Source: Syntrophales bacterium
GTDB taxonomy: Bacteria; Desulfobacterota; Syntrophia; Syntrophales; UBA6807
Direction: 5' to 3'
NCBI GenBank assembly: GCA_040767195.1
Contig: JAXGPA010000006.1
Coordinates: 1-64,000 of the forward strand
DNA length: 64,000 nucleotides
Of the stretch, positions 26,192 through 33,778 are shown piece after piece. Below the pieces are notes generated by a model that was given only the letters and a program-made list of their open reading frames with translations, had not been told where the DNA came from and did not search any database. The position numbers and the translations under genes were made by a program. Within the stretch, counting starts at the first letter, position 1, and each line of letters begins with the position of its first letter.

Positions 26192-27631
26192 TTACCCCGT
26201 TCCCTTGAAATCTTCCTTGCGGAGGCCGTGTTTTTTGAGAAGCTTCGAGATCTGGCGCGGCGTGACTCCCGCCGTCCGGGCCGTTTCGGCGATCTTTCCC
26301 CTGTTCTCCGCCAGGATCTCCCGGAGGTAGGATTTTTCGGCATAGGCAACGCCGAGCTGACGGGCGTCGGCCAGGTTTCCGGCCCGGTGGATGAGGTTCG
26401 CCGGCGGAAGGAGTTCCCGGGAAAAGAGGTCCCCGGGAAAGCTCTCCGGCCTCAGGACCGACGACGATTCGATGATGTAAGCCCGTTCGATGAGGTTTTC
26501 CAGCTCCCGAATATTTCCCGGCCAGCCATAGTTTTCCAGGGCCCGGAGGACTTCGGGATGGACATCCCGGACCTCCTTGGCGGAGGACCGGTTCAACTTT
26601 TTCAGGAACTGCTCGATGAGCAGCGGGATGTCTTCCGTCCGCTCCCGGAGAGGGGGAACCTCGATGGGGAAAACGTTGAGGCGATAGTAAAGGTCCTTCC
26701 GGAACAGTCCCCGGTCGCACATGATCTTGAGGTCCATGTTGGACGCGGCGATCACCCGGACGTCCGCCTCGATGGTCTCCTCCCCGCCGACACGCTGAAA
26801 AATCCCGTCCTGGAGGACCTGGAGAAGCTTGATCTGGGCGGAGGGCGTGATGGTCCCGATTTCATCGAGAAAGATGGTCCCCCCCTTGGCGATCTCGAAC
26901 TTGCCGAGCTGCCGCCGCACCGCCCCGGTAAAGGCCCCTTTCTCGTGCCCGAAAAGCTCGCTTTCCACGAGGGTGTCCGGAATCGCCCCGCAGTGGACGC
27001 TGATGAACCGGGTGTTTCTCCGGCTGCTCGACTGGTGGATGATCCGCGCCACGACGCCCTTTCCCGTCCCCGTTTCCCCGAGAAGGAGAACGGTGCTTCG
27101 CGTCGGTGCCACGGACCGGACCTTGTCGAAGATCGTCCGCATCTTCGGGCTGCGGGTCCGTAGAATTTCCTGGATGTCCATCTCCCCGATCCTGTCCCGG
27201 AGATAATCGAGCTCGGACTGGACGATCAGGGATTCGGTGATGCTCTCCATGACATAGCGAATCTCGTCGGGATTGAGAGGATAGGTCAAGTAGTTGCTGG
27301 CCCCGGCTTTCACGGCCATGACGGCTTCGCGGATGACCCCGGGCTCGGCCATGACGATGACCTGGACATCGGGAAAAGCCATCCAGAAGGGCTGCAGGGC
27401 TTCCTTGTAGCCGTTCCCGGGCACGGAAGCCTTGAGGAGGGGAAGGTCCACGAAGACGAAATCGTAATGCTTCTTCTTGAGGGAATCGAGACCGGCCTCG
27501 ACCCGGGCCGCGTGATCCACCCGGAACTTTCCCCGGAAACCCTCGCGGATCTGCCGAAAAGAGGAAGAATCGCCCGAAATGACAAGGATGGATTTCAATG
27601 TTCCAGGAAACCTCGCGGTGAAATGGCTCAT
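26192..27631 (-). CDS. sigma54-dependent activator (NtrC family) with atypical receiver domain
   Basis: GETGTGK, ESELFGHEKGAFTGA, GGTIFLDEI, FRKDLYYRL, WPGNIREL, C-terminal HTH. Confidence 0.95.
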   Translation of the reverse strand: MSHFTARFPGTLKSILVISGDSSSFRQIREGFRGKFRVDHAARVEAGLDSLKKKHYDFVFVDLPLLKASVPGNGYKEALQPFWMAFPDVQVIVMAEPGVIREAVMAVKAGASNYLTYPLNPDEIRYVMESITESLIVQSELDYLRDRIGEMDIQEILRTRSPKMRTIFDKVRSVAPTRSTVLLLGETGTGKGVVARIIHQSSSRRNTRFISVHCGAIPDTLVESELFGHEKGAFTGAVRRQLGKFEIAKGGTIFLDEIGTITPSAQIKLLQVLQDGIFQRVGGEETIEADVRVIAASNMDLKIMCDRGLFRKDLYYRLNVFPIEVPPLRERTEDIPLLIEQFLKKLNRSSAKEVRDVHPEVLRALENYGWPGNIRELENLIERAYIIESSSVLRPESFPGDLFSRELLPPANLIHRAGNLADARQLGVAYAEKSYLREILAENRGKIAETARTAGVTPRQISKLLKKHGLRKEDFKGTG

Positions 27632-27841
27632 TTTTTACGACAAATCTTCAAAAATAACAAGGTATTTTCAAAAGCCCCGGCACCGCCCGGGAAAGGGCGG
27701 CGGGCAGGCCCCCGGGGACCGGTGACATCCCGACGGCGGACAGCGCCGCGGGCGTTGTCTCCCGGGGTATCGAAAGACGCCGTGCCGTCTTTTCACACCC
27801 CGCGTGCCGGGGTAGCGAAGCGGAAACAGGCGTATTTTCCC

Positions 27842-27870
27842 TTGCCATTCAGGAGGGAATCCCCTATAAG
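27842..27870 (+). promoter_or_regulatory. sigma70-type promoter for adk
   Basis: TTGCCA-N17-TATAAG. Confidence 0.6.
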
Positions 27871-27919
27871 GAGGATGCTTGACACGGGCCACAAAACCTC
27901 TGTGAAAGGAGTTTAAAGA

Positions 27920-28591
27920 ATGAATATTCTGATTTTCGGACCCAACGGCAGCGGCAAGGGAACCCAGGGCGCGGTGGTGCAGAAGAAATATGGCGTGCCC
28001 CACATCGAAACGGGGGTCATTTTCCGGGAAAACATCAAGAAGGGGACGGAACTGGGGAAAAAAGCCAAGGGCTTCATCGACCGCGGGGAACTCGTTCCCG
28101 ACGAGGTCACCATTCCCATGATCCTGGACCGGCTGAAAGCGGCCGACGCGAAAAACGGCTGGCTCCTCGACGGTTTCCCGAGAAACCTCGCCCAGGCCGA
28201 AGCCCTTTACGAAGCCCTGCAGAAGGAAGGAATCAAGCTGGATTTCGTCATCGAGATCGTCCTCGACCGCCAGACCTCCAAGAACCGGATCATGGGCCGG
28301 CGGCTCTGCGCCAATGACAACAACCACCCCAACAATATCTTCATCGACGCCATCAAGCCCGCCGAAAAGGACGGCAAGATGGTCTGCCGGGTGTGCGGCG
28401 GCGCCCTGTCCGCCCGGGCGGACGACCAGGACGAGGGGGCCATCGACAAGCGCCACAACATTTATTACGACACCAAGACGGGCACCATGGCGGCGGTGAA
28501 CTACTTCAAGGACCGCGTCAAGGTCATCGAGGTGGACGGCCTTCCGGGCGTGAAGGACGTGTCCGCCGATCTCCTCAAAAAACTCGGGTAA
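27920..28591 (+). CDS. adk: Adenylate kinase (deltaproteobacterial metal-binding LID type)
   Basis: GPNGSGKGTQ, GELVPD, LLDGFPR; LID motif C-X5-H-X19-C-X2-C; RADD. Confidence 0.98.
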   Translation: MNILIFGPNGSGKGTQGAVVQKKYGVPHIETGVIFRENIKKGTELGKKAKGFIDRGELVPDEVTIPMILDRLKAADAKNGWLLDGFPRNLAQAEALYEALQKEGIKLDFVIEIVLDRQTSKNRIMGRRLCANDNNHPNNIFIDAIKPAEKDGKMVCRVCGGALSARADDQDEGAIDKRHNIYYDTKTGTMAAVNYFKDRVKVIEVDGLPGVKDVSADLLKKLG

Positions 28592-28617
28592 TTTCATCTT
28601 TCGTGACGACACGCCGG

Positions 28618-28652
28618 GCCTTCCCGCCCCCTTGAGGCGGGAAGGCTTTTTT
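28618..28652 (+). terminator. Intrinsic terminator after adk
   Basis: GCCTTCCCGCC-cccttga-GGCGGGAAGGC-TTTTTT. Confidence 0.9.
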
Positions 28653-28859
28653 GTCGAAAAGCGTGGCGCCGCCTCATTTTTCCTTTGACTTTCCGCCTTT
28701 CTTGGATTATGCATTAGCCTGTTTGTACTTCGTTGAAGGACAAGGGCAGCCCCGCAACGGGGTCGCCGCAAGGGGGCTTTTTTCGAAATCCAGCCAGGAC
28801 GACGGACGTCCAATCCCTCGGTAAAAGAAAGACCGGCGGTCTTTCCCGACCATGGAGGC

Positions 28860-28988
28860 ATGACGGTGGAACACCACGATCTGATGGAACTCAGCCACGA
28901 ACCCGTCCCGGGGTACCTGGCGAAATTCTGGGCCGTTTTCGCTCTCGCGTCCCTCTACCTGGCGGTCATCCTCTGGAACACCCTCTAG
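28860..28988 (+). CDS. Small single-TM protein (42 aa), putative Mrp accessory subunit
   Basis: RBS GGAGG; MTVEHHDLMELSHEPVPGYLAKFWAVFALASLYLAVILWNTL*. Below the ORF-track length cutoff. Confidence 0.7.
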   Translation: MTVEHHDLMELSHEPVPGYLAKFWAVFALASLYLAVILWNTL

Positions 28989-29025
28989 GGGCCCGGAAAA
29001 CAGGACTTTTCGAGGAAAAAAACCG

Positions 29026-29268
29026 ATGGAAAAAGAGTATCTCTTTGACAAGCCGAAGAACGTGAAGCGATTTTTCGTGCTGTTTTTCATCATCCTGGGC
29101 GTTTTTCTCGCCGCCGATTTCGTGACGGCCAAGCACGGCGAGTTCGCCTGGGAAAACTGGCCCGGTTTTTACGCCGCTTTCGGCTTCGTCGCCTTCGTCA
29201 TCCTTGTCTTCGGGGCCAAATACATCCTGCGCCCCCTGGTGAAACGGAGGGAGGACTACTATGAGTAA
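29026..29268 (+). CDS. Small two-TM protein associated with Mrp clusters
   Basis: FDKPKNVKR..H..FAWENWPGFYAAFGFV..LRPLVKRREDYYE; overlaps the start of the following mrpD. Confidence 0.8.
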   Translation: MEKEYLFDKPKNVKRFFVLFFIILGVFLAADFVTAKHGEFAWENWPGFYAAFGFVAFVILVFGAKYILRPLVKRREDYYE

Positions 29269-31018
29269 TCCCGTCCCCCCCTTCGCCGTCTTTCTCCTGG
29301 GCGCCTTCCTCGTCCCCCTCGTCCGGAACAGGGTTTTGAAAAGCGCCTTTCTGCTCCTCCTGCCCGTACTCAGTTTTATCAATCTCATCCATCTTCCCGC
29401 GGGGGCTTCCTTCACCCTCCCCTTTCTGGACTACGAACTCGTCCTGTCCCAGGTGGACCGCCTGAGCCTCGTGTTCGGCTACGTTTTCCACCTGGCCGCC
29501 CTCATCGGCTTCATCTACGCCCTGCACGTGAAGGACGACCTTCAGCACATGGCCGCCCTCCTCTACGGGGGCAGCGCCCTGGGGGTCGTGTTCGCCGGCG
29601 ATTTTCTGACCCTCTTCGTCTTCTGGGAGCTTCTCACCCTCGGTTCCGTCTTCCTCGTCTGGGCGAACCGGACGCAGGCCGCCCTCGGGGCGGGGTTCCG
29701 TTATGCTCTCTATCACATCATCGGCGGTCTCGTCCTCCTGGCGGGCATCCTGCTTCACGTCAAGGAGACCGGGTCCACGGCAGTCACCTTTATCGGCCTC
29801 ACCGACGGAAACCTGTCTTCCTGGCTCATCTTCATCGGCGTGGGCATCAACTGCGCCTGGCCCATCCTGCATCCCTGGGTGACCGATGCCTACCCGGAGT
29901 CGACCATTACGGGGATCATCTTCCTGAGCGCCCTGACCACCAAATCCGCCGTGTACGTCCTGGCGCGGGCCTACCCGGGCACGTCCCTTCTCATCTGGAT
30001 CGGCGCCGCCATGGCCTGCTTCGCCATGGTGTACGCCGTCATAGAAAACGACCTGCGGCGGGTTCTTTCCTACAGCCTCATCAACCAGGTGGGGTTCATG
30101 GTCTGCGGAATCGGCATCGGGACGGAACTGGCCATCAACGGGGCCGTCTCCCACGCGGTGAACGACATCCTCTTCAAGGCCCTCCTCTTCATGTCCATCG
30201 GGGCCGTCATGTACCGGACGGGGAAATCCAAGTGCACCGAACTGGGCGGGCTTTACCGGACCATGCCGCTCACCTGCGTCTTCTGCATCATCGGGGCCGC
30301 CTCCATTTCCGGGTTTCCCCTCTTCAGCGCCTTCGTGAGCAAGTCCATGATCATCAGCGCCGCCGCCCACGGCGGGATGGTCCTCCTGTGGTTCCTCCTC
30401 ATGTTCGCCTCCACGGGCGTCCTGGAACACGCGGGCATCAAGGTGCCCTTTTTCGCCTTCTTTTCCCACGATTCGGGGCTCAGGCCCCGGGAAGCCCCCA
30501 TGAACATGCTCATCGCCATGGGCATCGCCGCCTTCTTCTGCATCTTCAACGGTGCCTTCCCCGGCCCCCTGTACAGCCTCATGCCCTTCCCGGTCACCTA
30601 CGAACCCTACACGGTTCCCCATGTCCTGGGACAGACCCTTCTTCTCCTCTTCGCCTCCCTGGCCTTCGTGCTCCTTCTCATGTCGGGGCTCTATCCGGCG
30701 GAAATGCGGGCCGTCAACCTTGACGCCGACTGGTTCTTCCGCAAGGGGTCCCGGGCTGTCGTCACCGTTGTGACAACCGTCTTCGCCTTCGTGGCCAAGG
30801 CCGGCGAAAGCCTGTTCATCCGTTTCCTTCCGTCCCGGCTGTCCGCCTTCACCCGGGAACCGGTGACCCGCCTGGCGGAAACCTTCAGCGCTTCGAAAAC
30901 CTCCGGCGAAGAGAGAGGGCGCCTGGACCACCTCACCATCATCCCCTCCGGGGTCCCGGTGATCCTCGCCGTGGCCTTCCTCTATGTCCTGGCCTTCTAT
31001 TTCATCGTGAAGGGGTAA
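29261..31018 (+). CDS. mrpD: Na+/H+ antiporter MrpD-like subunit (long type)
   Basis: Proton-antiporter family motifs: FVFWELL, LHPWVTDAYP, SALTTK, LRRVLSYS..NQVGFM, FKALLFM, ELGGL. Confidence 0.88.
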   Translation: MSNPVPPFAVFLLGAFLVPLVRNRVLKSAFLLLLPVLSFINLIHLPAGASFTLPFLDYELVLSQVDRLSLVFGYVFHLAALIGFIYALHVKDDLQHMAALLYGGSALGVVFAGDFLTLFVFWELLTLGSVFLVWANRTQAALGAGFRYALYHIIGGLVLLAGILLHVKETGSTAVTFIGLTDGNLSSWLIFIGVGINCAWPILHPWVTDAYPESTITGIIFLSALTTKSAVYVLARAYPGTSLLIWIGAAMACFAMVYAVIENDLRRVLSYSLINQVGFMVCGIGIGTELAINGAVSHAVNDILFKALLFMSIGAVMYRTGKSKCTELGGLYRTMPLTCVFCIIGAASISGFPLFSAFVSKSMIISAAAHGGMVLLWFLLMFASTGVLEHAGIKVPFFAFFSHDSGLRPREAPMNMLIAMGIAAFFCIFNGAFPGPLYSLMPFPVTYEPYTVPHVLGQTLLLLFASLAFVLLLMSGLYPAEMRAVNLDADWFFRKGSRAVVTVVTTVFAFVAKAGESLFIRFLPSRLSAFTREPVTRLAETFSASKTSGEERGRLDHLTIIPSGVPVILAVAFLYVLAFYFIVKG

Positions 31019-31032
31019 AATGAAAAAGCAAA

Positions 31033-31098
31033 GGGGACATGTTTAAATCTGTCCCCACGTTCGAAGAAAAAAAGGGGACAGATTTAAAACCTGTCCCC
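31033..31098. repeat. REP-like inverted doublet, probably also a bidirectional terminator
   Basis: GGGGACATGTTTAAATCTGTCCCC (31033-31056) and GGGGACAGATTTAAAACCTGTCCCC (31074-31098). Each is a hairpin and each is approximately the reverse complement of the other; A/T tracts flank them. Confidence 0.75.
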
Positions 31099-31114
31099 TT
31101 TTTTATTTGTTTTC

Positions 31115-31191
31115 TGGTGGCGGTGCAGGGACTTGAACCCCGGACACTGCGGATATGAGCCGCATGCTCTGACCAGCTGAGCTACACCGCC
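31115..31191 (-). tRNA. tRNA-Met(CAT), elongator type
   Basis: GGCGGTG acceptor with paired G1-C72, anticodon arm TGCGG-CTCATAT-CCGCA, encoded CCA. Confidence 0.93.
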
Positions 31192-31207
31192 TCATTGCAG
31201 AAGTGGG

Positions 31208-31236
31208 TTTTTACACCATTACGGGAGCGATGTCAA
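31208..31236 (-). promoter_or_regulatory. sigma70-type promoter for tRNA-Met
   Basis: TTGACA-N17-TAAAAA. Confidence 0.6.
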
Positions 31237-31395
31237 GATGGCAACGGACCCTTTGCCAAACCTCCCATCGGTAACATTTATTTAGCAACGGGCCTCGCCG
31301 ATCGCTCCCCGTCCCGAGGCGCGAAAGCCCGCTCCCCCGGGGGATGAATGCCGGGATTTCCGCCCCGCTGCGGAAAAGCCGGGCCAGAATCCGCT

Positions 31396-33117
31396 CTATT
31401 GAACCCTCTCCGGTACGGTCAGGTCATAGGCGGCGAGGATGCTCTTCTTGCGAAGGGACCCACTGAAGGACACTACCAGGGAGAGGACGACCTCGTCTTC
31501 CCCGTCGTTGTCGATGTCCTTGATCTGGTAATCCGCCACGTATCCCTGGATTTTCTTCGTTTTCCAGTTCTCCGACAGGCCGATCCCGTCCCACTCGAAA
31601 TCGTAGATCTCGCTCGAGGTGTAGAGGGTCAGGTTTCTCATGATTCTTCCCACGGCGGAGAGGTTCTTAACGATAATCACATCGTTTTTTCCGTTCTTGT
31701 TCATGTCGTAGGTGAGAACGCGAAGCTTGACGTAGGAAACCTTGTCGGGGTTGTCATCGATGGCCCAGTCGGACATGGGCTGTCCCGCGTAGGTGATCCT
31801 CAGGAAGGCGTTGTTGCTGCCGCCGTAGTGGTCGTCGCTTTTCCAGAGGAGTTCCTCGCTTCCCCCGAGGATGTCGAGGTCAATGAAACGTTTGAGGGTC
31901 GGTTCGTAAATCCTTATGCGGTCATACTCGTCGAGCATGACGAGCTTCAGCCGGGTGCTCCCGTCGAGGCTGTCGTACGCGAGACCGTACACGGAAAGCC
32001 CCTCGGGAATGGGCATGCGCTTGCCTTCGACATACGTGCCGTCCTGCCATATGATCTCGTGAATGGCATGGATGAACGGATCGTCGAAACCCTTGGCCTG
32101 ACCGATGAGAACGGGGCGGCCCAGGGGGCGGACCACCCGGAGAAACCACCTGAGATCGGAGGCGATGGTCTGGAAGCGCCCGTCCCGGTACTCGACGACG
32201 AACGAGTTGAGCGTGGTCCAGTTGATACTCGTGACAATGATCTCGGGAATGCCGTTTTCATTGATGTCCGCCACATCCACGGCCAGATAGTCGTCGTATT
32301 CCTTCCCCTCGATCCGTTCGAGAGAGACGAGGGCATCGCCCTTTCTCTGAAAGATGTGAACGGCGGAAGGGGAAATGACGACGACCTCGTTCAGGCCGTC
32401 CCCGTTCACGTCACCGATGTCCAATCCCTTGAACTCGTATGAGTATCTCGGGGTCATCCAGAAACCCTTCCGGTCGATCGGTTCGGGGGCGTTGATGAAG
32501 TCGGGGTTGATGACGGCCGTGAATGTCCCCTCGGGGGTCTTCAAGGCTTCGACGGAACCGGGAGCGGCCGTCGCCGGGGACGGTAGTGAAACCTGGGGGG
32601 ACGAAGGCGGGGCCGCCGGCGCGGGCAGAACGGACTGGGGAACTTTGCCCAGGGCGTACATCTGGATCTTTTTCGCGAAATCGTTGACCCTGGGAATGAC
32701 ATCATCCAGGCTCGGGCACTGCTCGAAGACACCGATGGGGGAAGCGTTCCCGGCGATGTCCATGAGCTTGCCGTCCAGGCTCAGGCTGCTTCCGAACTTG
32801 GTGATGCTCCCCCAGACCACATAATCGGCGTTGAGGGCTTTACCCACCTGGTAAACGTCGTCGGCCTGGTAGTCCTTTCCCTTGAGTTTCGACAGGGCTT
32901 CCAGAACGGCCTGCCGGCTCACCAGGTTGACCTCCCCTCCCGAGGAAAGCCGTGAGTAGAGCATGTCCCAGATGCCGTTTTTAACGTAATCGATGTTCTC
33001 CGCACTGTGAACGGTAAACGGGAGGACGGCGATGGTTTTTTTATCCTCCGCCGCGACGGTGAAAGGCACGATGAGAACCAGCAGAAGGCCGATTCTCTTT
33101 AACCAGCGCAATTTCAT
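31396..33117 (-). CDS. Exported FG-GAP/VCBS-repeat protein with N-terminal TolB-N/CsgG-like domain
   Basis: Signal peptide; IAVLPF..ADYVVWGSITKFG; Pro/Ala linker; repeats GDVNGDGLNEV, ADINENGIPEI, DMNKNGKNDV, DIDNDGEDEV. Start set at ATG 33117. Confidence 0.8.
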   Translation of the reverse strand: MKLRWLKRIGLLLVLIVPFTVAAEDKKTIAVLPFTVHSAENIDYVKNGIWDMLYSRLSSGGEVNLVSRQAVLEALSKLKGKDYQADDVYQVGKALNADYVVWGSITKFGSSLSLDGKLMDIAGNASPIGVFEQCPSLDDVIPRVNDFAKKIQMYALGKVPQSVLPAPAAPPSSPQVSLPSPATAAPGSVEALKTPEGTFTAVINPDFINAPEPIDRKGFWMTPRYSYEFKGLDIGDVNGDGLNEVVVISPSAVHIFQRKGDALVSLERIEGKEYDDYLAVDVADINENGIPEIIVTSINWTTLNSFVVEYRDGRFQTIASDLRWFLRVVRPLGRPVLIGQAKGFDDPFIHAIHEIIWQDGTYVEGKRMPIPEGLSVYGLAYDSLDGSTRLKLVMLDEYDRIRIYEPTLKRFIDLDILGGSEELLWKSDDHYGGSNNAFLRITYAGQPMSDWAIDDNPDKVSYVKLRVLTYDMNKNGKNDVIIVKNLSAVGRIMRNLTLYTSSEIYDFEWDGIGLSENWKTKKIQGYVADYQIKDIDNDGEDEVVLSLVVSFSGSLRKKSILAAYDLTVPERVQ

Positions 33118-33121
33118 GGTG

Positions 33122-33454
33122 TCAACTCCTGTTGCCGGCCCCGGGGACCGGCGATGGCTTTTTATGCTCCTTGTCGGGTGTCCTGCTTCCATCGCGGGCC
33201 AGGCCTTCCAGGCTGCGGGGAAACCACCGTGGATGGTCGCTCTTCCACTGACGGAGGTGTCTCCGCAGGGCTTCGCTGTCGCCGGCGAGAAGTCCCATGC
33301 CCAGGGCGATGAAAAGAAGTCCCTGAAGGAAGGGGAGAAACAGCCCGAACACGCCGAGAACGATGAAGAACCACCCGGCGATTTTCCTTCCCCTCTTTTT
33401 TCGCAGGGACCGGTCCCTGTCGGCTTCTTTTGTTGTCTGTTCCGTACGCATCAT
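33122..33454 (-). CDS. Small membrane protein (PGPGW/DUF454-like)
   Basis: IAGWFFIVLGVFGLFLPFLQGLLFIALGMGLLA hydrophobic hairpin. Start uncertain. Confidence 0.65.
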   Translation of the reverse strand: MMRTEQTTKEADRDRSLRKKRGRKIAGWFFIVLGVFGLFLPFLQGLLFIALGMGLLAGDSEALRRHLRQWKSDHPRWFPRSLEGLARDGSRTPDKEHKKPSPVPGAGNRS

Positions 33455-33656
33455 CGCCTGAAACTTGTCATCCCCCAAGGGGTTCCTCGCAAGGGGCCAA
33501 GGGGTTTCCTCCGGGGGTCCTCCCCAGCGGCATGCGGGGCCCGGGTTAACCGCCGGATCCCCGGCCGCGGGGCCCACCCGCCGGTATCCCGCTTCAGCAG
33601 CGGGTAAATAGTGGCAACACCCTGGGCGTTCCGTTGCAGCCGTCTTTGTTGCGGGG

Positions 33657-33685
33657 AATTTACGCGTCATGAGGCGATGTGTCAA
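33657..33685 (-). promoter_or_regulatory. sigma70-type promoter preceding a ~200-nt structured region
   Basis: TTGACA-N17-TAAATT. Confidence 0.6.
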
Positions 33686-33778
33686 GGAAAAGTGTCTCCT
33701 TGTCCCCTCCTGCCGCCGGAAACCGCGCTTTTCTCTGCCCGGCGGAATCGCTGGGAAAGGGCCCTGAAAAAGCCCCGT

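Noticed and set aside
28741..28790. c-di-GMP-I riboswitch
   Set aside because: GGGCAGCCCCGCAACGGGG is only superficially similar. The GCAAA / GNRA tetraloop / GACGCAAAG core and the P2 receptor are missing.
28733..29065. 110-aa ORF upstream of the mrp small genes
   Set aside because: It crosses the terminator-like leader and overlaps the better-supported 42-aa ORF, which has an RBS and a TM helix.
31115..31191. Initiator tRNA-fMet or tRNA-Ile2(CAT)
   Set aside because: G1-C72 is paired and the anticodon stem lacks three consecutive G-C pairs, so it is not fMet. The GGCGG acceptor start fits elongator Met better than Ile2, although Ile2 is not formally excluded.
33455..33655. 6S RNA, SRP RNA or cobalamin riboswitch
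   Set aside because: No end-to-end rod with central bubble, no SRP GGAA-loop motif (CAGG..GGAAG..AGCAG) and no B12 box. Kept only as an unassigned structured region.
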